In this document: piece by piece, positions 18,874-28,740 of the stretch | How the letters are laid out: every line of letters starts with the position of its first letter | Numbering within the stretch: position 1 is the first letter of the stretch | Source: Neolewinella sp. | Lineage (GTDB): Bacteria > Bacteroidota > Bacteroidia > Chitinophagales > Saprospiraceae | Assembly (NCBI GenBank): GCA_047637095.1 | Contig: JBLIGS010000001.1 | Span: 1-45,950 of the forward strand | DNA: 45,950 nt | Direction of reading: 5' to 3' | The notes under the pieces: model-generated | The model's database searches: none | The model's input: only the letters and a program-made list of their open reading frames with translations | What the model was told of the DNA's origin: nothing | Made by a program: the position numbers and the translations under genes

Positions 18874-20289
18874 TTAAGATTGTCTGTAAGGGAAGGTAAT
18901 AATAAAGCTACTACCTTCTCCCAATTCACTCTTTACGTTAATGGTACCGTTGTGTACTTCGGTGATGGTTTTGACATAAGAAAGGCCGAGGCCGAATCCT
19001 TTAACATCGTGCCGGTCACCAGAATGTACCCGATAAAAACGGTCAAATATGTTTTTTCGTGCCTCACGGCTCATGCCGAGACCGTGATCCTTAACAGTAA
19101 CCTCTACACCCTTACTAACATTGCGTGTGGACACCACGATTTTTGGCTCTTCCGGAGAGTATTTGTTCGCGTTGTCCAGCAAATTGTTGATCAAGCTGGA
19201 AATGTGGGTCATGTCTCCTTCAACAACGGCTGGGGCTGCATTCAGTTCGGTAACGACGGTTCCGCCCCGGGGCTCTACCTGGAGGGAGATATATTCTACG
19301 GCTTCTGCGGCTACCCTGTTTATGTCGACAGCAGTCAGACTAAGGTGCAACCTGGACTTGTCCAGTTTAGCCATTTGCAAAACCTTTTCCACCTGGTTGT
19401 TCATTCGCCTGTTCTCCTGCTTAATGATGTTGACAAAGCGGGCAACCTTCTCCGGGAAAGGTGCAATTTTGGGACTCTTTAAACTATCGGTTGCAAGCGA
19501 AATCGTCGCAATCGGTGTCTTGAATTCGTGGGTCATGTTGTTGATGAAGTCGGTCTTCATCACCGACAGTTTATTCTGCAGTAGGATGGTGTAAATGGTA
19601 TAGATAAAACAACCGAGAATGATGCTAACGAAGAGAAAACTGGCAATCAAGTTTAAACCGATGGATTGGAGAATTACCGTTTTTTTTCGCGGGCTGAAGG
19701 CCATCAGGTAGCCGTGGTTTTCGAACAGGGAGACTTTGTAAGAGGAGGTCATCAGGTCCTGATGGCGTGCGGCTTCGGAACCGATGGTGGATAGCCGGCG
19801 GCCATTGCGGACAACGAATTCTTCGCGGCGGTTATCGTAAACGCCGTATTCCAAATTCCCAGACAGTTGGGCGTTGGTAAATTCTTTGTTGATCAGTCGG
19901 TCCAGCGAACGGTGATCGATCCTTTTGATCAATTGGTAACTGGCAAACTCGGTTTGAACCGACAGGCGGGTCGAAAACGAAGGCGTACTGCTGTTGAGCT
20001 TTGGCCGGGTAAGGAGGCTGGGAGTTTCTAGCGCCTGGCTAATACTCCGGCCGGTCAATGAGCTGCTGGCATTAAGGCTGTTTCGGCTGTCTGCTTCGTA
20101 GTTAATCTGGGCGTCCTCTTGGCTTTCCAGCTCGCGGGCAGCGGCCCGCAGGGCGTCCAGCACCGTCTCGTCGTAACGTTGTTCGTTAACCTTCATACCA
20201 GTCCGGATCATGTCCATCTGTAGGAAGATGACCCCGATTATGGCGCTGGTGATGAGGCCGATGATGAGGTAAATGGTTCTTTTGCTCAT
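18874..20289 (-). CDS. sensor histidine kinase (RprX-like)
   Basis: Two TM segments, THEFKTP H-box, NLLDNANKYS, DHGLG, GFGLGL; start at MSKRT. Confidence 0.93.
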   Translation of the reverse strand: MSKRTIYLIIGLITSAIIGVIFLQMDMIRTGMKVNEQRYDETVLDALRAAARELESQEDAQINYEADSRNSLNASSSLTGRSISQALETPSLLTRPKLNSSTPSFSTRLSVQTEFASYQLIKRIDHRSLDRLINKEFTNAQLSGNLEYGVYDNRREEFVVRNGRRLSTIGSEAARHQDLMTSSYKVSLFENHGYLMAFSPRKKTVILQSIGLNLIASFLFVSIILGCFIYTIYTILLQNKLSVMKTDFINNMTHEFKTPIATISLATDSLKSPKIAPFPEKVARFVNIIKQENRRMNNQVEKVLQMAKLDKSRLHLSLTAVDINRVAAEAVEYISLQVEPRGGTVVTELNAAPAVVEGDMTHISSLINNLLDNANKYSPEEPKIVVSTRNVSKGVEVTVKDHGLGMSREARKNIFDRFYRVHSGDRHDVKGFGLGLSYVKTITEVHNGTINVKSELGEGSSFIITFPYRQS

Positions 20290-20474
20290 GAACTGGAAAA
20301 TAGGAAAATCAGATGTAAGGTACTTCCTGTTCAGGTTTAGCTGGACTCTGTGAGACTGCTGTGCCTTTCGGAAAGCACACATAGTACAACCTTAACGAAT
20401 GAAATGTGGCGAAGCAGTACAAGGTTTAAGGGAACGGTAACGATCTTAGCGACCGATCACCTTACCTTAGCAAC

Positions 20475-21212
20475 ATGGAATCCGTCACGATCCGTACTAC
20501 CCAAAATGTCAGTATTGACTATCAACTAGCCAAAACGGGAACCCGTATTGGTAGTTTCTTTATTGATGCCGCTATTTTTCTGATCTCTTACAATGTATTT
20601 ATAGGTTTTTTGGCGGCGGTCTTTGATCGTTTCATCAGCGTCGAGATCCTCTTTACTTACGGTAACCTCGTCTTTTTTATCCTCTATTATTTTTTGATGG
20701 AGCTCTTTAACCGGGGACAAACCCTAGGAAAACGAATTGTTGGCATCAAAGTCATTCGCCTTGATGGAAGAGATCCTACACCAGCTGACTTCGTCACCCG
20801 CTCTATCTTCCTGATGCCAGATATAATTTTTTCTGCGGGTATTCCCGCAGTGTTATTAATCTCCGGTGGCCGCCACAAACAACGGATGGGAGACATTGTT
20901 TCCGGCACCGTCGTTATTCAGTCTGCCGTCAGTAGTGCTTTCACCCTCCGGGAAATTATGGCCATTCAAAGCCGGGATGGCCACGAGCCGGAATTTCCCG
21001 AAGTGCAACGGTTTACGGATACGGACATGATGGTGGTAAAGCACGCACTCACCCGCCTACGTTCCTACAATAACCAAGCACACCGGCAGGCCGTCCGCCA
21101 ATTGGCCGTTAAATTGGCCGATCAAATGGGCCTCGAAAAATCCACCGTGACCTACACGCCAGAAAAATTCCTGGACAAACTGTTGCTAGATTATATCGTT
21201 CTTACGCGATAA
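20475..21212 (+). CDS. RDD family protein
   Basis: TTQNVSIDY, RIGSFFID, GQTLGK, QRMGD motifs. Confidence 0.9.
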   Translation: MESVTIRTTQNVSIDYQLAKTGTRIGSFFIDAAIFLISYNVFIGFLAAVFDRFISVEILFTYGNLVFFILYYFLMELFNRGQTLGKRIVGIKVIRLDGRDPTPADFVTRSIFLMPDIIFSAGIPAVLLISGGRHKQRMGDIVSGTVVIQSAVSSAFTLREIMAIQSRDGHEPEFPEVQRFTDTDMMVVKHALTRLRSYNNQAHRQAVRQLAVKLADQMGLEKSTVTYTPEKFLDKLLLDYIVLTR

Positions 21213-21309
21213 GCTGTAACATCGGGATAACCGCAAACTTCCCATAGTGCCAACATTGACCATCGGGGTGAACGGGTGTTTACGTGCTAACGAACTAATA
21301 AATTGCTTT

Positions 21310-22071
21310 TTGATCTACATAATCGCCCTCGTTGGCGCCTTTCTCGCCGGTTGTGTAAACACGCTTTCCGGCAATGGTTCAGCCATTACCCTGACCATTT
21401 TGATGGAACTCCTCGGCTTGCCGCCGGATGTGGCGAACGGCACCAACCGGGTTGGCGTACTTGGCAATAGTATGGCTGCCACCCTCGGCTTTAAAAAAGG
21501 AGGTCGGCTTGAGATGCCGAAGGATAAAGCCAAAGACATGTGGCAGATCGTCATCATCGTCACCCTCGGTGCCATCTTGGGGATCTATCTCAGCCTCATC
21601 ATCTCTAACGAAGCTTACCGTAAGGTCTTTCGCTACCTCTTAGTGGTCATGCTTTTTATCATTCTTATTAAGCCTAAGCGCTGGTTGGCAGCTCCGGAAA
21701 AAGTTGCCCAGTTGTCCCCATGGCTAAGTGTTCCGCTGTTCTTTGCCCTAGGCATCTACGGCGGATTCATCCAAATGGGGATGGGAGTTTTCTTTTTGGC
21801 ATTGATGGTGTTGGTGGCCCGTTACGAGATCATTCAGGCCAACGTAGTCAAAGCCCTTGCTGTCTTCGTTTACACAGTGATTGCCGTCGGCATTTTTGCC
21901 TGGCGTGGCCTGATCGATTGGGAGATCGGAGCCTTGATGGCCGTTGGTCAAATTATTGGCGGTTACCTGACGGCGAAGTATGCTTCTAACCATCCAAAGG
22001 CGGGGCTTTGGGCTTACCGTTTGCTAGTGGTGGTGGTCATTGCGGCGATTTTGAAGGCTTTCTGGCCGTAG
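21310..22071 (+). CDS. sulfite exporter TauE/SafE (TSUP) family protein
   Basis: AGCVNTLSGNG, ANGTNR, GIYGGF motifs; TTG start is uncertain (ORF open from 21247). Confidence 0.88.
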   Translation: MIYIIALVGAFLAGCVNTLSGNGSAITLTILMELLGLPPDVANGTNRVGVLGNSMAATLGFKKGGRLEMPKDKAKDMWQIVIIVTLGAILGIYLSLIISNEAYRKVFRYLLVVMLFIILIKPKRWLAAPEKVAQLSPWLSVPLFFALGIYGGFIQMGMGVFFLALMVLVARYEIIQANVVKALAVFVYTVIAVGIFAWRGLIDWEIGALMAVGQIIGGYLTAKYASNHPKAGLWAYRLLVVVVIAAILKAFWP

Positions 22072-22334
22072 GGGATAGGAGTTAGAAACTAGAGCGTTAA
22101 TAAGCGGGCTTCTAGCTCTCTATGTTCTATTTTTGGCCGCGGCCGCAGGTGCAAAGAACGTTGTATTGCAAGGACCCTCCGCCGGGCAAATAGGCAAGTA
22201 TGTGCCGCTCCGACGTGGCGTAGCCTATCTGGCCTATCTCGTGCGATAGCTACTCCCCTACTCCCTAATTCAGCGACTCACTAACTCAGGCTGCAACGAA
22301 ACTTCTACTACCTTACAGCGGTTAACTCTCTTAC

Positions 22335-23546
22335 ATGGCAAATGAATGGAATGTCGGGCAAAAAAAGTCCGGACTCAAGAAGGAAGTAGAATACGCAGTA
22401 ACGGTTGGCCTCATAAGACGAGGACAGTCGGAGGAACAGGTAAGTGAGTACCTAGATGAACTTGAGTTCCTGGCCCTGACGGCTGGCGCTAAGACGCTAA
22501 GGCGTTTTACCCAGAAGCTGGAAAGTCCGGACAACAAGACCTTCGTCGGCAGCGGCAAAGCCGCTGAAATAGCCGAGTACGTTGAAGCGCACGAAGAGGT
22601 GACCATGGTCATCTTTGACGACGACCTCAGCGGCAAACAAAACGGTGTTCTCGAAGAACGCCTGAAGGTTAAGATCATTGACCGGTCAACCCTCATCCTC
22701 GACATCTTTGCCAGCAGGGCCCAAACGGCCCAGGCCAAAACCCAGGTCGAACTCGCCCAAATGCAGTACATGCTTCCTCGGCTTCGCGGCCTCTGGACGC
22801 ACCTTGAGCGGCAGCGCGGTGGTATCGGTATGCGGGGCCCTGGTGAAACAGAAATCGAAACGGATCGCCGGATCATCCGCGACAAGATCAGTAAGCTGAA
22901 AAAGGACTTGATTAAGCTGGACAAACAGGCCGAAACCCGCCGCAAAGGCCGGGACACCATGGTCCGCGTAGCCCTCGTCGGCTACACCAACGTTGGAAAG
23001 TCAACGCTGATGAACCTGTTGACAAAGAGCGATGTCTTCGCCGAAGACAAACTCTTCGCCACCCTCGATACCACCGTCCGGAAAATCGCCTACCAAGGCG
23101 TCCCTTTCCTAATGACGGACACCGTTGGCTTCATCCGCAAGCTACCGCACCACCTAATTGAGAGCTTCAAGTCTACCCTGGACGAAGTCCGGGAAAGTGA
23201 CATCCTCCTCCACGTCGTAGACATCGCTCACCCAGTGCATGCCGACCAGATTAGGACGGTTCAAGAGTTGCTTAAAGAGCTCAAAGCTGAGAGCAAGCCC
23301 ACCCTGCTGGTCTTCAACAAAGTTGATCTGTTCCGGGAACGAAACTTCGACCTTTACCTCGACGAAGAAGGCCGCGAAGAAGTAGAAAAAGGCCTTCTCC
23401 AAAGCCTCGAAAGCGAGTTTGGCGACGAATCCCTTCTCATCTCAGCCCATACCAAAGAAAACCTCAATGTCCTTCGGGAACGGTTGGTGGAACTGGTTAA
23501 AGAGTCCTACCAGACGACTTATCCTTATGTGGCTAAGCACTGGTAG
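22335..23546 (+). CDS. hflX: GTPase HflX
   Basis: GSGK, ILDIFASRA, GPGETEIETDRR, GYTNVGKS, DTVG, NKVD. Confidence 0.97.
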   Translation: MANEWNVGQKKSGLKKEVEYAVTVGLIRRGQSEEQVSEYLDELEFLALTAGAKTLRRFTQKLESPDNKTFVGSGKAAEIAEYVEAHEEVTMVIFDDDLSGKQNGVLEERLKVKIIDRSTLILDIFASRAQTAQAKTQVELAQMQYMLPRLRGLWTHLERQRGGIGMRGPGETEIETDRRIIRDKISKLKKDLIKLDKQAETRRKGRDTMVRVALVGYTNVGKSTLMNLLTKSDVFAEDKLFATLDTTVRKIAYQGVPFLMTDTVGFIRKLPHHLIESFKSTLDEVRESDILLHVVDIAHPVHADQIRTVQELLKELKAESKPTLLVFNKVDLFRERNFDLYLDEEGREEVEKGLLQSLESEFGDESLLISAHTKENLNVLRERLVELVKESYQTTYPYVAKHW

Positions 23547-23777
23547 TTTTACAGGCGGAAGGTAGGAGACGAGGGTAAAGGGACCAAACATTGGAGACGG
23601 TATGGATCATTGTGTCCAATAACCTTCTGTGCACCTGCGCCCGCGCCCTGAATCAGCATTGATGCTCTGCCAAGTCGATCTTGCCACCTCCAGCATAGGG
23701 TAACCTGCCAACCTTCAATAACTGCCAGACTACCGAAGTCGGTAGCCATTCACCAACCTACTAATCCCACCAACCTA

Positions 23778-24887
23778 GTGACTGAATCACAACTCAACGC
23801 CTACGCCCATCTCCTCGTCAACTACTGCGTCAACCTCCAACCCGGCGAGCGGTTATTTGTCAATTCTACTACCCAGGCAGCCCCGCTTATCCGGGAGATT
23901 CAACGGGAAGTGTTGAAAGCCGGCGGCCACTTTGAATTTTCCCTTACCATCGAAGGGCAGGGTGTCGTGATGGCCGAGCACGGTAACGAAGAGCAGTACC
24001 GTTATGTGCCGACGCTGTACCGGGAGGCCCTTGAAAATTTCGAAGCATACATCAACATCCGGGCACCCTTTAGCCTACGGAACGACCCTCCGGCGGAGAA
24101 CCTGCAAGAGGCTCGCCGGAAGGCGATTAAGCCCATTCTCAAAACCTATTTTGAACGGACGGCCGACCTCCGCCTCAAGCGCAGTGTCTGCGTTTATCCC
24201 TGCCCCGCCCTCGCTGAAGAAGCGGGTATGGGCCTGGAAGAGTACACAGATTTTGTAATGAAGGCCACTAAGGTGGATCAGCCCGACCCCCGCGCTGCCT
24301 GGATTGACGTTCGCCACCGCCAACAAGCCGTTGTTGATCACCTCAACAACTGTACCACTTTCCGGTACGTTAACGACCGGTCAGACATCACTTTTACCAC
24401 AAATGGCCGCACCTGGATTAATAGCGACGGGCAGACCAATATGCCCAGCGGAGAGGTATACACCAGCCCGGAAGAAGACGCTGTAAACGGACACATTTAC
24501 TTTGACTATCCGGCCATTCGGAACGGCAAAGTCGTCCAGGGAGTAACCCTAAAAGTGAAGGACGGAGAGATTTATGAATGGTCTGCTGACCAAGGCCAGG
24601 AGGTACTGGATGAGACCTTTGAGATCCCCGGAACACGCCGCTTCGGAGAAGCAGCTGTCGGAACGAATTATACCATTGATCGCTTCAGTAAAAACATACT
24701 TTTCGATGAGAAGATAGGCGGAACCGTCCATATGGCCATCGGCCAGAGCTATGCTCAGGCGGGCGGAAAAAATGAAAGTACGGTCCATTGGGACATGATT
24801 GCTGACATGAAAAAAGGTGGAATAATCTATGCTGACGGAGAAGAAATTTATCGTGACGGCCGTTTTAGTTCTGTTTTGTGGCCCTAA
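23778..24887 (+). CDS. aminopeptidase (M29, AmpS/AmpT type)
   Basis: NMPSGEVYTSP, GEAAVG, LFDEKIGGTVHMAIG, HWDMI. Confidence 0.92.
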   Translation: MTESQLNAYAHLLVNYCVNLQPGERLFVNSTTQAAPLIREIQREVLKAGGHFEFSLTIEGQGVVMAEHGNEEQYRYVPTLYREALENFEAYINIRAPFSLRNDPPAENLQEARRKAIKPILKTYFERTADLRLKRSVCVYPCPALAEEAGMGLEEYTDFVMKATKVDQPDPRAAWIDVRHRQQAVVDHLNNCTTFRYVNDRSDITFTTNGRTWINSDGQTNMPSGEVYTSPEEDAVNGHIYFDYPAIRNGKVVQGVTLKVKDGEIYEWSADQGQEVLDETFEIPGTRRFGEAAVGTNYTIDRFSKNILFDEKIGGTVHMAIGQSYAQAGGKNESTVHWDMIADMKKGGIIYADGEEIYRDGRFSSVLWP

Positions 24888-25038
24888 GGTCAACCTTTGG
24901 GCTTCGTGGCCGTCTTAATTCTCGCAAGTCTTAGCTACCTTGCAACTATATTATGCTTTGAAGGGGCCCTACCCACGAAACATGAAACGTAATTGAAACA
25001 ATACAGGGAACGTTACTTACTGAAATCAACCAAAAACC

Positions 25039-25917
25039 GTGAACGAGAACATCGCCTTTCTAGAACTTAAATATGGTAACATCTACGGAGGTTACCCGAA
25101 TTTTTACGCCATCAGTGAAATTGCACTACTCGTCTTCGAGCGGGGCTCAAACAAGATTTTCCTCGAAAGCTGGATCAACCAAGCTAACGTAGACATCGTA
25201 GACGTCTATGCCGAGACGGACGAATTGGGGCATACCACCCGCCGCGTCCGTGAAGTACTAAACATGCGGACGAATCGCCGCTATGCCTACAACGAGGAGT
25301 TCCGCCTGACAGAAAATGACCTGCAGTTTGCTTTCCGCAACCTGCGTTCTACCAAGTCTGCGGTCAAGAACTTCCTCCTGAAGAACTTGAATAAGTACCA
25401 CTTTGACGACCTGATCGTCTTCGACGGTCGCCGAGACATCTTCCTCTGTGAGCGCTCCGACGTTAACTTCGGCTATATCAATATCGTTGATATCCAGAAG
25501 GACCTCAACCGGGAAACCGACTACCTCTTTAGCCTCAACAAACTGGCCAAAGTAATCGACTTCCATACCGATCGCTCCTACCTTCGCTCCAACAACCTCG
25601 AATACTGGTTGCACCCCATCGCTGCCCGCCAGATCGTTCCAGGAACGGCTGCGTTTGACGCCGCCCGCCTGTTGATGGTCTTCAACGAGTACACCGAACG
25701 CCATGATGACTTCATGATCAAGGCTGCCATCCTACTGAATAAGATTCAGAAGAAGAAGGATGAAGAGAAAGCCCGCATCGAAGCAGAAGGACCCGCAGAG
25801 CCTGTGGAACCAGAAACACCACCGCAGGAAACTCCGCAGGAAGCGCCGCAGGAAGCGCCAGTAGAAACTCCGCCAGAGGTTGAAAGCCAGGTAGAGGAAA
25901 AGAAGGAAGAAGAGTAA
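25039..25917 (+). CDS. hypothetical protein with a degenerate DEDD exonuclease-like pattern and an acidic Pro/Glu tail
   Basis: Long ORF with coding-like codon use; motif order resembles DnaQ-fold ExoI-III; PQET/PQEA repeats. The CDS is well supported, the fold is an inference. Confidence 0.7.
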   Translation: MNENIAFLELKYGNIYGGYPNFYAISEIALLVFERGSNKIFLESWINQANVDIVDVYAETDELGHTTRRVREVLNMRTNRRYAYNEEFRLTENDLQFAFRNLRSTKSAVKNFLLKNLNKYHFDDLIVFDGRRDIFLCERSDVNFGYINIVDIQKDLNRETDYLFSLNKLAKVIDFHTDRSYLRSNNLEYWLHPIAARQIVPGTAAFDAARLLMVFNEYTERHDDFMIKAAILLNKIQKKKDEEKARIEAEGPAEPVEPETPPQETPQEAPQEAPVETPPEVESQVEEKKEEE

Positions 25918-26030
25918 ACGTAAGTTCTCGGACTCAAAAGAGTATTGGAAAGCATTTAGCAATTAGTATTGAGCGCCTCGCTCTAAACTAATTGCTAGAT
26001 GCTTTTTGCTTTCCGCTATTGACGGTTGTC

Positions 26031-27263
26031 TTAAAAGATGATAACAGCGGCAACGATAAGAGTGCTCAGTATCAGCCCACCTAGGAAAATGGTGTAGGCC
26101 ATGCGAAGTAGACTGTGCTTGCGCTCGAGGCTGCTGCCCATGCCGTGGAGCTCGTTGATGAGGGTTCCATAAAGGGCATTGGGGTCGCGAAGGCGGGCTT
26201 CTGTGCGGGCGGAGAACTCCTCGCGGGAAAGCTTGCTGAAATAACCGAAGAAGGCCAGGTTTTCGCCGTCGCTGCTGCGCTTGGTGGGGCGGGCCGCTAG
26301 GGCCGCGTAGATAAGGCTGGCAAGGCCGCAGACGGTGAACAGGGCAACGGGAAGAAGAATCAATGGTCGGGTTTCTGCCCAATTACGGTAACTGGTGAAG
26401 GTCGCCAGGGCGCCGATGATGAGGGCGTTGACGCTGATCATGATGGCGGCCTTTTGGTCGGCCATCGAGAGTAGATTGATATGGTTGCGGAAGACTGTCC
26501 GGAAATAAGTCTGGGTGGCTTGGCGGGTGGGCCCATCTTCGAGGTTCGATAACTGGGTCAGCATTGGGTCCGGGGCATCCGGGGCTGGGGTTAAGGGCGC
26601 GGCCGCAGGTGCAGGGATAGGTTGTTTGGCAGCGCGGTCAGCCAATTTGTCAACCAATCGCTGGAGGTCTAGCAGGACGGCGGAGTGGGTGTGTTGGTAC
26701 TGCCGGCGTAGCTCGCTGTTCCGAAAGCGAGCCTCCCGTAGTTCCTCGAGGTAACGGCTCAGAGCAGCCTGCCGGGAAGGAGGCGTTATTCCTTGGTTGG
26801 TACCATACCGGATTTCCAACCAGGTGAGTTCTGCACCTTCTGTGCCGGACAATAACCGTTGTGCTAACCGGGCATCGTGCAGAACGTCGGCAATGTCGGC
26901 CGTCAATGGGCCATTGCCACCTGGAAGAGCGGATTTCAACGCAAGGTTAAGGTTGAGGTAGCCAGGCCCTGTCCATTGTCGGAACTCCTGGCTTACTTCG
27001 TTCCAGTCTCTTTTTTCTGTGTCTACACTCCAGTACCTGCAGGCGTGGAGTAGGGCGGTTGCCCGGGCCAAGGGGACGAGGTCGGGGCCGGCCCCGGGCC
27101 GGCGTAGCGCAATCTCGCGGGCATGGCCCGCCAGGGCCAAGGCCCAGCTGTCGTTATGCAGCACTCGGCCACTCGTCTGTCGCTCGTAGGCCATGAGCAT
27201 AAAGCGCTCGGCTTGGTCGGCGAGGTCAGCAAGGTGGGGTGTTGTGAAGGGGGAAGTTTGCAT
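26031..27263 (-). CDS. Pycsar-effector-family (DUF5706) membrane protein with a degenerate N-terminal HD domain
   Basis: TYFRTVFRNHINLLSMADQKAAIMISVN, NLAFFG and three TM segments; HD position reads LLHAC. Confidence 0.8.
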   Translation of the reverse strand: MQTSPFTTPHLADLADQAERFMLMAYERQTSGRVLHNDSWALALAGHAREIALRRPGAGPDLVPLARATALLHACRYWSVDTEKRDWNEVSQEFRQWTGPGYLNLNLALKSALPGGNGPLTADIADVLHDARLAQRLLSGTEGAELTWLEIRYGTNQGITPPSRQAALSRYLEELREARFRNSELRRQYQHTHSAVLLDLQRLVDKLADRAAKQPIPAPAAAPLTPAPDAPDPMLTQLSNLEDGPTRQATQTYFRTVFRNHINLLSMADQKAAIMISVNALIIGALATFTSYRNWAETRPLILLPVALFTVCGLASLIYAALAARPTKRSSDGENLAFFGYFSKLSREEFSARTEARLRDPNALYGTLINELHGMGSSLERKHSLLRMAYTIFLGGLILSTLIVAAVIIF

Positions 27264-27329
27264 AAACTGGGTGTTACACACAAGGTAATAGCATTCCCAT
27301 TATTCGAGAGGTTTTAATCTGACTTTTTA

Positions 27330-28103
27330 CTAACCCACCTGCAAAGTCTTTTCAAACCGCCCAATCACATCAATGAATTCATTGGGAAGAAAAGCACTCA
27401 TCACGTCCTCAAGTTGGGGGTCAATACCGCCATAAAATACTTCGGCGATGCTGCCAGCCATGGCAGCCTGGGTGTCGGTATCTCCGCCAAGGGAGACGGC
27501 CAACCGAATGGCATGGACAAAGTCCTTCGAGTCAAGAAAAGCAATGATTGCCTCAGGAACGGAACCCTGACAGCTAACGTCAAAAGCATAATCTGGCCGA
27601 ATCTCTTCCACCGTCCGGCGGAGGTTGTACCCGAAGGCCTCGGTGAGGTGTTGGCGGATGTCTTCTTTACCACCACCTTTCCGGGCAAGGAAGATGGCGG
27701 TGGCAATAGCTTCGGCTCCTTTGACGCCTTCGGGGTGTCCGTGGGTAGGCAGTGCCGTATTACGCGCCTCCCGGCGCACCGTCTCCAAGTCATTGAATAA
27801 CCAGCCCACCGGGCTGACCCGCATAGCAGAGCCATTTCCCCAGCTGCTATATTCTTCTTCCAACTCATCCCGCATCCATTTTTTGAACGTGCCACCATAA
27901 CCAGCCTCCGGATAAGCTAGGGCATAGGCCTTTATAGCTTCGCCATAGTCTTTTTGGCTCAGGATGGCATCGGCAATGGCAACCGTCAGAACGGTGTCGT
28001 CCGTAAACCGACACTCGGTAGTGAACAGTTCAAAGTCTGTTGTCTTCGGTCCGCTACGTTCGAGACGGCTGCCGACGATGTCTCCGATGATGGCACCTTT
28101 CAT
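27330..28103 (-). CDS. ADP-ribosylglycohydrolase family protein
   Basis: GAIIGD, FTDDT, GNGSAMR, THGHP, GGDTDT motifs. Confidence 0.93.
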   Translation of the reverse strand: MKGAIIGDIVGSRLERSGPKTTDFELFTTECRFTDDTVLTVAIADAILSQKDYGEAIKAYALAYPEAGYGGTFKKWMRDELEEEYSSWGNGSAMRVSPVGWLFNDLETVRREARNTALPTHGHPEGVKGAEAIATAIFLARKGGGKEDIRQHLTEAFGYNLRRTVEEIRPDYAFDVSCQGSVPEAIIAFLDSKDFVHAIRLAVSLGGDTDTQAAMAGSIAEVFYGGIDPQLEDVMSAFLPNEFIDVIGRFEKTLQVG

Positions 28104-28182
28104 GGCTTGGTATTTTGGTTAGGTAAAGGGGGTGCAAAGATAGGAAACACTTAGCTTGATTATTAAACTAAGAAAAAGTGGA

Positions 28183-28226
28183 TTCAAAAAAAGGCTACCA
28201 CTAAACAGTGGTAGCCTTTTTTTGAA
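28183..28226. terminator. bidirectional intrinsic terminator downstream of apaG
   Basis: A7-GGCTACCAC-TAAACA-GTGGTAGCC-T7. Confidence 0.88.
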
Positions 28227-28265
28227 CGAAAGTGAAGTGGACTTCTATTCGATAACAATTTCGTA

Positions 28266-28661
28266 TTAATTCAGAATTTCGGGAGCGAGGTGTAAGAACT
28301 TAGGCACCTGAACGGGGAAAAATTCTTCCCGTCCACGGCTATTGTTACGGCGCATGGAATAGCTGCCCTGCATAGCCCCCATCGGTGTTTCAAACTGCAC
28401 CCAGCTGGTATATTCATGGTATTGGCCAGGCATGATTTCAGGCTGTTCTCCAACCACTCCCTCACCTTCTACGAGTTTGCGTTCTCCCGTTGCGTCAATC
28501 ACTTCCCAGGCACGGGCCAGCAGGGTGACGGGCACAGCACTGTTGTTTGTAATCCTGATGCGGTAAGCAAAAACGTACTGCATTTTGGCAGGATCGCTGT
28601 AAGCTTCTTGGTAAACACTTTCCGCGCTAACGGTAACTTCCTGAGTAGTAAGCTGTGCCAT
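28266..28661 (-). CDS. apaG: ApaG domain protein
   Basis: YVFAYRIRITN, GEGVVGEQP, YTS, GAMQGSY. Confidence 0.95.
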   Translation of the reverse strand: MAQLTTQEVTVSAESVYQEAYSDPAKMQYVFAYRIRITNNSAVPVTLLARAWEVIDATGERKLVEGEGVVGEQPEIMPGQYHEYTSWVQFETPMGAMQGSYSMRRNNSRGREEFFPVQVPKFLHLAPEILN

Positions 28662-28740
28662 GGTCCTGGATTGAGATCGTTACTTTTTGTTGAGACAGCA
28701 AATTTATGGGCAATGGTTCATAAGCTGCCGTTAAAGTTTA

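Noticed and set aside
25800-25880. 12-bp coding repeats (PQET/PQEA)
   Set aside because: Ordinary low-complexity tail expansion.
26031-27263. Complete Pycsar defence system
   Set aside because: No pyrimidine cyclase gene is adjacent; only the effector-like domain is present.
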